Origin: Gammaproteobacteria bacterium
GTDB lineage: Bacteria > Pseudomonadota > Gammaproteobacteria > Steroidobacterales > GCA-2729495
Reading direction: 5' to 3'
Assembly: GCA_021773815.1 (NCBI GenBank)
Contig: JAJFJS010000026.1
Span: 4,693-68,692, forward strand
Length of the DNA: 64,000 bases
The notes under the pieces were generated by a model, which saw only the letters and a list, made by a program, of their open reading frames with translations, ran no database searches and had not been told where the DNA came from. Below are positions 28,794 to 36,375 of the stretch, piece by piece. The stretch's first letter is position 1, and every line of letters begins with the position of its first letter. The position numbers were made by a program, and so were the translations under genes.

Positions 28794-28985
28794 TCAGGCC
28801 CGCTTGCCCGCTAGTTTCGCCAGAATGGCGACGCCGATCAGCATGCCCAGCGGCAGGCCGATGATCGGCCCCCAGGTATTGCGGATGCCAAACTGCGGCA
28901 GTGCATAGATACCGACAACCGCCACGGCGACCCCGATCAGGGTCGGTATGACGTTCATCCACCCGGGCAACTCTTTGAGTCTCAC
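28794..28985 (-). CDS. small two-TM membrane protein
   Basis: Two hydrophobic helices; 15 nt upstream of the lipoprotein gene. The start is GTG 28985 or ATG 28958. Confidence 0.4.
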   Translation of the reverse strand: MRLKELPGWMNVIPTLIGVAVAVVGIYALPQFGIRNTWGPIIGLPLGMLIGVAILAKLAGKRA

Positions 28986-29309
28986 TGCCGCTTTCTCCGC
29001 CGGAGAAGGCCCCTACCTTAGCAGTCGCAGGCCCCGTCCCGCGCGGTTGCCGATCACATTTTCGGCACCGGCCGAAAGCCCGGTCACGCCGGCGTATCGG
29101 CCCCCTGGTTTCCGGGTGCTTTTCGGCAAACTTCCCGGCCAGGAAGCCGTCGCCAATGTGCGACGAGGCGCAGGTAAAGACAATCCACGGTCAGTCGACA
29201 ATGCCCCGGCAACGATTATTACCCACGTGTCAACGGAACCATCGCGGGCGCGTTATATCTCTGAACACCACCACTATCACGCGCCTGAGCACAGGCGGGA
29301 GGAAAAACG

Positions 29310-29723
29310 ATGATCGGAAACAGATCTCTTGCAACGGCAATATTGGCACTGGGCCTGCTCGCGGGGAGCAGCGGCTACGCGGAAGACGCCGGCGACCGCA
29401 TCGAGGAACGCTTCGACCGGAAAGGCGACCGCATCGAGCAACGGCTCGACAACAAGGGCGACCGCGTCGATCGACGCCTCGACAACAAGGGCGACCGAAT
29501 CAACGACCGACTGGACGAGAAAGCGGAACACGCCGCCGAAACCGGCCACCCCACGGCAGCGCGCAAACTCGATCGCAAAGGCGACCGTATCGACAACCGG
29601 CTGGACCGCAAAGGCGACCGCGTCGACCGTCGACTCGACCGCAAGGGCGATCGCGTGGATCGCCGGATGGACCGCAAGGGCAACCGGGCCGACCGAAAGA
29701 TTGACCGCAGGAACGGCGGTTGA
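29310..29723 (+). CDS. exported protein built from 11-residue GDR(I/V)(D/E)xRLDxK repeats
   Basis: Strong RBS GGGAGG and signal peptide MIGNRSLATAILALGLLAGSSGYA. There are two blocks of four 33-bp (11-aa) repeats separated by a 19-aa linker. Confidence 0.65.
   Translation: MIGNRSLATAILALGLLAGSSGYAEDAGDRIEERFDRKGDRIEQRLDNKGDRVDRRLDNKGDRINDRLDEKAEHAAETGHPTAARKLDRKGDRIDNRLDRKGDRVDRRLDRKGDRVDRRMDRKGNRADRKIDRRNGG
29391..29711 (+). repeat. 2 x 4 tandem 33-bp coding repeats (29391-29522 and 29580-29711)
   Basis: Read directly: GGCGACCGCATCGAG...AAA/AAG units, all in frame with the 29310 ORF. Confidence 0.9.
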
Positions 29724-29746
29724 TTGCAGTGCGGCGCCGGAAGCGC

Positions 29747-30493
29747 TTACCCGGCAGGTGCGGACCTGGACTCGAGAATGCGATCCAGTCGTTTCAGGAC
29801 TTCATCCGAGATCTTGTCGAAGCACCGGTCGACGACCTGCGACATGGAATCTACGGGCTGGTAGCGTAACGTTTCGTCGCATTCGACACGCAGCCGCGTA
29901 TTTTCTATCAATAAGTTGCCCGTGCGCAAAGACCGCATATATATAAAGGCCTCGAAGGGGGCAATCCTGATATCCCTGTCCACCCTGCGCCGCTGGTCCT
30001 CCCCGACCCGCTCTTCCACCAGATAGGGACACGGTGCGCCCAGCGTATAGGAGGTCGGGGGACAGTCCTTCTGCCGGACACCCGCCCGGAACATATCATT
30101 GCGAGGAATGACTCCCGGTTCGATGGTCACCGCCAGGATCGCGCCGTAGCCCCCGGCCTCTATCAAAGGACTATCCTGTTCCAGACGCCTGTAGATGCTC
30201 GATCGATTCAGAGCGGGTTTGTGTATCCCCGCTGCGTTCCATGGCGATGCGGCCGCAGGCAGCTTTTTCCCCGTCTCGTCGACGATGCGCTGTTCAAGCC
30301 CCATGAGCGCGTCTTCCCCCAGCAGCTTGCTCGCCTCCTGGTATGGCGGCTGAATCCACATGGCGAATACCGCCAATTTGTAATCGGGCGAAAAACGTTC
30401 TTGCTTGAGAAATTCCAGGCGTTGCTTTTCATCCGGGATCGATGCGCAGCCAGCCAGGAACACCATCAGACAGATGGCAATAAACCGTTTCAC
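29747..30493 (-). CDS. lipoprotein of unknown function (248 aa)
   Basis: GTG start at 30493 with a GAGGAG RBS, and lipobox VFLAGC. The 501-aa track ORF is an upstream run-on across the nuclease gene. Confidence 0.55.
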   Translation of the reverse strand: MKRFIAICLMVFLAGCASIPDEKQRLEFLKQERFSPDYKLAVFAMWIQPPYQEASKLLGEDALMGLEQRIVDETGKKLPAAASPWNAAGIHKPALNRSSIYRRLEQDSPLIEAGGYGAILAVTIEPGVIPRNDMFRAGVRQKDCPPTSYTLGAPCPYLVEERVGEDQRRRVDRDIRIAPFEAFIYMRSLRTGNLLIENTRLRVECDETLRYQPVDSMSQVVDRCFDKISDEVLKRLDRILESRSAPAG

Positions 30494-30597
30494 GTCAAGC
30501 TCCTCATGTCTCGTGGCCGGGTACCCGCATGCCTCGAGCACCCTCGTTAATAATAGACGAACGGATATCACTTTCGAAATGCTTCGTGCCCGACGCA

Positions 30598-31314
30598 TCA
30601 CCCGCGCGGCGCGCGCCAGCCCGCTTCGATGGCTTCCTGTTCCGTGCAAAACCATCGTTCGCCTTTGCCGGTATCGATGACGGTCCGGTCGTAATGCATA
30701 CTGCCCGGCACATGATAGATGCGCCCGCTCCGGCTGATATTGCCCTTGATCAGGCAGTCCGCCGCCGGCGTTTCCGCGGAAACATCGCGCCGGTTCCGCC
30801 GCCACTCCCAGGGCGGAACGCGCTCCGCCTCCGGCAACGACCAGAGTCCGAGCCGCGCCGTGCGGGCGACCTGCTCGACATCGAGCAATGCCGGCTCGCG
30901 CAGATACTTGCGGTACACCCATGCGCCGCCAAGACGAATCATCGCGGCATTCACGTCGAGATCGCCGACGACAACACGTCCGACGAGGCGACCGTATCGG
31001 TCGGTATCCACGACCGTCACGACGGCGTTCTTTCGGAATGCCATTTCGGCCAGCATCTGACGCGATTTTTGATAAAAGGGCTGCCTCCGCTCGGGCGCAT
31101 CGATATCCGCCAGCCTGATCTTGAACTGCTGATCCTGACCGTCGACCATGACAATCGTATCGCCGTCGGTGATGCCGACGATCACCCCGGATAATTGATC
31201 CACCCCGAGATCCGCAGCGAACGCACCGCCGCCGGCGGTCACAACCAGGCATACCAGCAACACGCGAATCGATGCGACGGAAAAAAGAAAACCGGAGCTG
31301 TTTAGATTCCGCAT
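30598..31314 (-). CDS. secreted thermonuclease (staphylococcal nuclease-like) with a C-terminal Cys-containing extension
   Basis: The segment IRLADIDAPERRQPFYQKSRQML...DRYGRLVGRV...MIRLGGAWVY matches SNase-fold motifs. There is a signal peptide from the ATG at 31314. The C-terminus is CLIKGNISRSGRIYHVPGSMHYDRT...WFCTEQEAIEAGWRAP. Confidence 0.8.
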   Translation of the reverse strand: MRNLNSSGFLFSVASIRVLLVCLVVTAGGGAFAADLGVDQLSGVIVGITDGDTIVMVDGQDQQFKIRLADIDAPERRQPFYQKSRQMLAEMAFRKNAVVTVVDTDRYGRLVGRVVVGDLDVNAAMIRLGGAWVYRKYLREPALLDVEQVARTARLGLWSLPEAERVPPWEWRRNRRDVSAETPAADCLIKGNISRSGRIYHVPGSMHYDRTVIDTGKGERWFCTEQEAIEAGWRAPRG

Positions 31315-31380
31315 TTGGCTCGTTACGCCTCCATCGGCCGCATCAAACAGTCGTGCCGACACCAGCACCCTTCAGAACGG

Positions 31381-32001
31381 TTACGTCTGTTTCCGTCGTA
31401 TCCAGCCGAGCAGGCCGATCGCCGAGCCGAACAGCCAGACCGCCGCCGGCACCGGAACAACGGACGCGCTGAAACTCAACGTGTGAGAGAAATCGATCAG
31501 CAGATGGCCCTGGTCGGTTCCCAGCGGTACGGTTGCGACGCCGACAAACTGGGGCAGAGCCCAGCTTGCGGAGATGCTGGTCGACAGATCGTAACCGAGC
31601 AGCGCATCGTCGTAACCTACGAACGGGAACGGATCATTGACAGCCAACGGATTCAGCACCGCAATGGCAGAATACCCGGCATACGGATCACCGGTCCGCG
31701 CGAACATCCAGAGCGGCTGGATGAATGTCGCCGAGCCGATGCCGTCGATCTCGATCCACGAGGCACCCGGGAGTGAAAAGTTCTCATAGATCGGCCATCC
31801 CGGTTCGGATCCGCCCCAGACCCAGGCGGCTTCACTATCAGCCTGAAGATTGATCTCGAAAGCCGCCTGCGTGAACCCGTTCCCATTGAGACTGCCGGTC
31901 ATGTAGCCGCCAAAGGTATAGGTAATCGGCAACGCCTCGACAGCAGATGCACAAGAAAAAAGAATTAGCGCCGCCAGCGCATGTTGTATCGATCCCTTCA
32001 T
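31381..32001 (-). CDS. secreted protein with a PEP-CTERM-like sorting signal
   Basis: Signal peptide from the ATG at 32001. The C-terminus is VVPVPAAVWLFGSAIGLLGWIRRKQT. Confidence 0.7.
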   Translation of the reverse strand: MKGSIQHALAALILFSCASAVEALPITYTFGGYMTGSLNGNGFTQAAFEINLQADSEAAWVWGGSEPGWPIYENFSLPGASWIEIDGIGSATFIQPLWMFARTGDPYAGYSAIAVLNPLAVNDPFPFVGYDDALLGYDLSTSISASWALPQFVGVATVPLGTDQGHLLIDFSHTLSFSASVVPVPAAVWLFGSAIGLLGWIRRKQT

Positions 32002-32426
32002 CGATCTGCCCCCTGTGGTCTTGCGGAACATCAGTCGTCGACGCCATGCCCGCGTTAATGCTATTGATTTTTCTCGACCGTCAGAGATTGCGTCACCGGC
32101 GGATCGTTCGTTCCCCTTTTAGCACAATCGGGATGCCTCTTGAATTCTCCTGTGACGTTAGCGTTATGTTCAATGCGTGAAAGCGAACAATTCCGAACCG
32201 ATTGCACAACGGCCTCAACTTACAGAGTTATCTATGCTCTTTGGCGCGTCGGCACTAACCTCAGCTTTCGCCTCAGGACCACCAAACCTATCAGGTGATG
32301 ATTCCGAATTGGGCTTGATTCTGCGAGCCAGTTCCGTTCTCGCCGATTCTGCCGCCGTTACCATATGTTGCGGCCGTCTGGCTGGAGCCGGGATGCGCGA
32401 ACTGAATGCTATCAACTAAACGACGA

Positions 32427-33818
32427 ATGACATTTCAATGTTTGATTGATTCCAATATCAGAAAAATTCTGACGGTTTCTATCGCGCTGCTTCTTACGGG
32501 ATGTCCGTTGGAGGGCACTGTTAGTAATGCTCCCACTGACCCAGAAGCTTATCTATACGGCTTAATCTACACCCCCCCTCCAGACGATCCAGATGTCAAT
32601 CCATCCGGCTTAATCTACCATGTAGCGCCGTGGGGCAATGATGCGCAAGATGGCAGTAGAGATCTACCCTTCAAAAGCGTGGAAATGGCGCTCACCGTGG
32701 TTGCACCGGGCGATATTATTTACCTGCGTGATGGAACGCACGAGCTTTCTTCGTCCAGCAAAGTTGGTCTGCGAATTCAAGGTGTGGACGGGGAACCGGG
32801 CAAGCCAATAAGGCTCTGGGCCTATCGGGGTGAACACCCTGTATTTGTTCCCTCCGACCCCCAAGTCACCAACGTGGGAATTTGGTTCTCGTCGTCTTAT
32901 TGGCATATCCGGGGACTCGAAGTAACCGGTGTGAAGCAGCAACTGAATGACGACGGATCTGCCACACACGTGATTGGATTCCATGCCAATGACTCCTCGG
33001 GGAGTATCTTTGAAGCGGTGGAGAGTCATCATAACGAGGGTACCGGATTCTATCTGGGCGGCAACTCAACCGACAATCTCGTGCTCAATAGTGACTTTCA
33101 CCACAATGGCGACCCGTATACCGCCGGCTATGCATACGGGAACGCAGATGGCATGCATATCCGCGTCGAGTACCCTGGCACGATCAATAAGGTGAAAGGC
33201 GTTCGCTCGTGGAACAACTCGGATGATGGATTCGATACATGGTTTACGTCTGGAGTGGTCATTTTTGAGGAGAGCTGGGCATTTTGGAACGGCTACGAGG
33301 AAGGAATGACTACCGACCTGGGAGGGGATGGCAACGGATTCAAGCTCGGCCCGTACAATGACTTTGGAACCGCGCCGGACCTTACGACTCCTCTTCGGAT
33401 CGTCATGCGGTGCATGGCATTCCAGAATCTCGAGAGGGGCTTTACCTGGAACGATGGATCAATGCTCATGCACCTGTACAACAACAGTTCATTCGAGAAT
33501 TGGCGCGGCTATGTCTTCAATGATCCTGTGAAGGTCTTAACAAACAACCTCTCTCTGAACGACGGGAACAATGGGATCAGCCCTGAGGCCGAACAGAGCA
33601 GCAACTCGTGGAACCCTGGCTTATTGGCGAGCCAGGGCGACTTCATTTCGGTAGATTCAGTCGGGATGGATAGTGCAAGGGGGGCTGACGGCTCGAAGCC
33701 GGTAACTGACTTCTTGAAACTGGCGCCGGGAAGTGCCTTGATTGATGCGGGTGTTTACACGGGTTATCCCTACAATGGATCGGCGCCGGACATCGGTAGC
33801 CGAGAAAGCGATATCTAA
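32427..33818 (+). CDS. right-handed parallel beta-helix lipoprotein (pectate-lyase-fold, probable polysaccharide-active enzyme)
   Basis: Lipobox LLLTGC. The segment YHVAPWGNDAQDGSRDLPFKSVEMALTVVAPGDIIYLRDGTHE is a typical N-terminus for beta-helix enzymes, and repeated NxDG/HHN-type turns follow. Confidence 0.65.
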   Translation: MTFQCLIDSNIRKILTVSIALLLTGCPLEGTVSNAPTDPEAYLYGLIYTPPPDDPDVNPSGLIYHVAPWGNDAQDGSRDLPFKSVEMALTVVAPGDIIYLRDGTHELSSSSKVGLRIQGVDGEPGKPIRLWAYRGEHPVFVPSDPQVTNVGIWFSSSYWHIRGLEVTGVKQQLNDDGSATHVIGFHANDSSGSIFEAVESHHNEGTGFYLGGNSTDNLVLNSDFHHNGDPYTAGYAYGNADGMHIRVEYPGTINKVKGVRSWNNSDDGFDTWFTSGVVIFEESWAFWNGYEEGMTTDLGGDGNGFKLGPYNDFGTAPDLTTPLRIVMRCMAFQNLERGFTWNDGSMLMHLYNNSSFENWRGYVFNDPVKVLTNNLSLNDGNNGISPEAEQSSNSWNPGLLASQGDFISVDSVGMDSARGADGSKPVTDFLKLAPGSALIDAGVYTGYPYNGSAPDIGSRESDI

Positions 33819-34112
33819 CTCTGTTCATGAGAAACAGGTAAGTGAGAATGCAGGGAAGCGTGCTGGCGAAGCATCGGGACTTAATGTGGGGCGGTCGGAA
33901 ACGAATCGCTCAATGGATAGACATCCGACCGCAACAACTCATCTTGTTAACGGGCAGATAGTAAGCATAAACACGGCATCGAAAGTACAGGCTTAGCGAA
34001 GAAAATACGAACCATCATAACAAGCGCGCACTCCGTGCACCGTCTTTCAAGGTGCGCGGAACGCGCCCTACGTCGCGAATGCGCAACGGTGGGAACGGGT
34101 CGGTTCCAATCC

Positions 34113-34372
34113 TACAGCCTCCAAGGGTCTAGCCGTCCGCTATGCGCTCCAAACCAACCACTACACAACTAGCCTATTTTGCGCATCTTGATCGAAAATT
34201 GCCCCCAACTCAGATATTCCCGCCAAAATTGACAAACCGCCCATCGAAGGATGACCCGAGGTTGCCCCGAATAGTTTTTCAAAATGTTAGGAAAAGACAG
34301 ATCAATTATTCTTTATTGAAAACATATATTGATGGCGCCCCGAACAGGATTTGAACCTGTGACCTTCCGCTT
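34113..34372. repeat. copy 1 of a ~260-bp direct repeat: ~220 bp of unknown sequence plus the 3' 40 nt of tRNA-Arg(CCU)
   Basis: Aligned by eye to 35402..35659 at roughly 85-90% identity. The terminal 40 nt (34333-34372) are identical to tRNA-Arg positions ~38-77. Confidence 0.85.
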
Positions 34373-34506
34373 GGAGCTCGGAAGCAGACCGTTGAAATGC
34401 GCCTTTTATGCCCAGGCAAAGGTCGCGTAACGGCCAAAAGCGACCATTCGCCTAGCAAGAAAAACCCGGCTCGTGGCCGGGTCTCTCAATCATCTGATAT
34501 ATCAAT

Positions 34507-35190
34507 TCAGGCTTTCTTACGCCTGATCCAGCCCAGCAAGCCAAGGGCGGAGCCAAACAGCCAGACGGCGGCGGGGATAGGGGCAATCGCTAAGGTGACG
34601 CCGTCCAGCCCAAGATCGATCCGCGGGTTGATAGGGTCCCCGGACGCCGCCCGGAAGCTAAGGTCCATCTCACTCGCAGTCGCGAGAAAACTCAGGCTCT
34701 GGTTCTGCCATCCAAAAGGCGTGGAAGTCAATGGGGTTGTCATCGAGGCAGAATTCAATGTGACGCCGCCAAAGGTCACTTCCCAGTACCCCGGACTGCC
34801 AACCGGGCTGAGGTCTGAATACGAGATGGATTGCTCAAACCCGACGGCGTAGGTCAGGCCTGACGTTAACCCAGTGATTAACTGTGTAATGCCTTCCTGA
34901 ATGCCGATTCCGCCTGAGCCAGTTGCAGCACCATGGACGAAGGTTTCGCCGTCCTGACTCGAATCCCACGCGAAATTCAGCAGGACCGTATTGACCGCGA
35001 AGATGTCCGGTGTTTCCAGACCATTCCCGTCGTTCCGCGGCACGGCTGCCCAATCAGTTGGAACGAATGCATTGGCCCCATTCGTTTGAGCCGGGTTTGT
35101 TATTGGAAAATCCATTGAACCGTTGACCACCATGGCGCTGGCGCTCGACAGGCATAGGGCAACTGACAATAAGACCGCGATTCTTTTCAT
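34507..35190 (-). CDS. secreted protein with a PEP-CTERM-like sorting signal
   Basis: Signal peptide MKRIAVLLSVALCLSSASA. The C-terminus IAPIPAAVWLFGSALGLLGWIRRKKA is almost identical to that of the 31381 gene. Confidence 0.7.
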   Translation of the reverse strand: MKRIAVLLSVALCLSSASAMVVNGSMDFPITNPAQTNGANAFVPTDWAAVPRNDGNGLETPDIFAVNTVLLNFAWDSSQDGETFVHGAATGSGGIGIQEGITQLITGLTSGLTYAVGFEQSISYSDLSPVGSPGYWEVTFGGVTLNSASMTTPLTSTPFGWQNQSLSFLATASEMDLSFRAASGDPINPRIDLGLDGVTLAIAPIPAAVWLFGSALGLLGWIRRKKA

Positions 35191-35239
35191 AGCTCTGTTC
35201 CTGTATGCCTGATCGGGTTGTACTCAGCCCCCTTAGGGC

Positions 35240-35274
35240 AAAAAAAAACACGACCGCCCAATTTGGGCAGGTCG
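35240..35274 (-). terminator. intrinsic terminator in the leader of the 34507..35190 gene
   Basis: The minus-strand RNA reads CGACCUGCCC-AAAUU-GGGCGGUCG (9 bp, 1 bulge), then UG and U9. Confidence 0.6.
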
Positions 35275-35288
35275 CGTCATCACAAAAA

Positions 35289-35317
35289 ATTCTAGCGGCA
35301 TCGATGCAGGCTGTCAA
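35289..35317 (-). promoter_or_regulatory. near-consensus sigma70 promoter
   Basis: On the minus strand: TTGACA (35317-35312), a 17-nt spacer and TAGAAT (35294-35289). Confidence 0.5.
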
Positions 35318-35401
35318 CCTTGATCGTCGGCGAGAATGGTCCTGAATAGGTACCTTTCGAGGACAACATCGCCAATGCCCGCTTTGGGTCGGCTCATGTC
35401 G

Positions 35402-35659
35402 TACAGCCTCCAAGGGTCTAACCGTCCGCTATGCGCTCCAAACCAACCACTCCACACTAATCAATTTTGCGCATCTTGATCGAAAATTGCCCCAAATGAG
35501 ATCTTCCCGCCAAAATTGTCAAACTGCCCGTCGAAGGTTGCCCCGAGGTTGCCCCGAATAGTTTTTCTTAATGGAACGAAAAGACGGATCAATTTTTCTT
35601 TATTTAAAACATATGCTTATGGCGCCCCGAACAGGATTTGAACCTGTGACCTTCCGCTT
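35402..35659. repeat. copy 2 of the ~260-bp direct repeat (includes the 3' half of the intact tRNA-Arg)
   Basis: See copy 1 at 34113..34372. Confidence 0.85.
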
Positions 35660-35696
35660 AGGAGGCGGATGCTCTATCCAGCTGAGCTACCGGGGC
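35620..35696 (-). tRNA. tRNA-Arg (anticodon CCU)
   Basis: The reverse complement GCCCCGGTAGCTCAGCTGGATAGAGCATCCGCCTCCTAAGCGGAAGGTCACAGGTTCAAATCCTGTTCGGGGCGCCA is 77 nt. The anticodon loop is CTCCTAA. Confidence 0.9.
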
Positions 35697-36107
35697 AAAT
35701 AGTTTAAGAAGGAAAAAATACCTAGCTACGTTGCGGCATATGGACCGGGCAACGGCAGGGCAACATACATGCACGAAAGAATACCAGCATCCGGCGGACG
35801 GAATAACCCGACTGGCACTGCCGCCTACCCTCCCACTCACGGCCAGGCTGAAACAAAGCCAGCGACGGTAATCCCAAGGTGGGAATCGAACAACCAACCG
35901 CAGGACATATGGTTTATCGGTTTAGAGTTGGTAACCCAGCGTGCCACGCACGCCTAATCGTCACCACTTCCATATATTGCTGGTTATCTATCGATAAAAT
36001 TGGCTGCAATATATTCCTCACCCAGAGTCAGATATACATACAGGGCTTGCTGGTTAGTATCGACTAATATCCATTATTAAAAAGACGTCAAACATTCCGG
36101 ATCATTT

Positions 36108-36371
36108 TCAAACACTTTTTTCCGCCGGACTTAGTGTAATGAATGCTCGGCATTCATCGAGCTTCTTTCCTCTTGCAAGATCGGCAATAACTATTTTCGC
36201 TTTCGTTATTGCGGTAACCCTAATTTCAGGCGCATGAGAATGCCCGTGGTGATCGTGGTTATCGCCGCCTTCCGCCATTGCAATGACTGAGAATAATGCC
36301 AAATAATTATCTTTTTTATTGCATGCAATTATTCTCCTGAAGCCAGTCAATGATATTTTGGGCTCCCGCAT
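36108..36371 (-). CDS. small exported His-rich protein (DUF6488-like, possibly truncated)
   Basis: The segment AMAEGGDNHDHHGHSHAPEIRVTAITKAKIVIADLARGKKLDE resembles the H.HAP-I...A......v..Lv..gKLd pattern I recall for DUF6488. The gene lies 4 nt downstream of the HupE gene. Confidence 0.4.
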   Translation of the reverse strand: MREPKISLTGFRRIIACNKKDNYLALFSVIAMAEGGDNHDHHGHSHAPEIRVTAITKAKIVIADLARGKKLDECRAFITLSPAEKSV

Positions 36372-36375
36372 TCGA

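Larger units (their letters stand above)
34373..35619. mobile_element. 1.25-kb islet bounded by direct repeats of the tRNA-Arg 3' half, with a single cargo gene and no recombinase
   Basis: It lies between the intact tRNA-Arg 3' end and the displaced identical 3' half at 34333-34372. Confidence 0.35.

Noticed and set aside
29391-29711. Seven KGD tripeptides as integrin-binding (disintegrin-like) motifs
   Set aside because: KGD here is simply the junction of consecutive 11-mer repeats (..K-GDR..) in a highly charged helical-type repeat. Nothing else suggests a eukaryotic-host adhesion role.
29747-31252. 501-aa ORF spanning the lipoprotein gene and the antisense or frame-shifted nuclease region
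   Set aside because: The N-terminal 250 aa are Arg/Gly-rich high-GC shadow sequence overlapping the well-supported SNase gene in another frame. A GTG at 30493 with a GAGGAG RBS and a lipobox gives a sensible 248-aa protein.
34097-34160. Possible extra tRNA or tRNA fragment (GGAGCGCATAGCGGACGGTTAGACCC... on the minus strand; ...GGTTCCAATCC...CCTCCA on the plus strand)
   Set aside because: I could not fold either orientation into a cloverleaf: the D- and T-stems do not pair, and the GGTTCCAATCC stretch is absent from copy 2. It is left as part of the unexplained conserved module.
34142-34354. 70-aa ORF inside copy 1 of the 260-bp repeat
   Set aside because: In copy 2 the equivalent frame hits a stop after 9 codons (ATGCGCTCCAAACCAACCACTCCACACTAA) and has an indel further on. 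The conserved sequence is therefore not conserved as a reading frame.
35697-36107. Possible decayed outer-membrane protein gene on the minus strand (fragments such as DTNQQALYVYLTLGEEYIAANFIDR and GVRGTLGYQL)
   Set aside because: Only short stretches are open in any frame, with stops every 10-30 codons, and I recognise no motif. There is not enough evidence to call a pseudogene.
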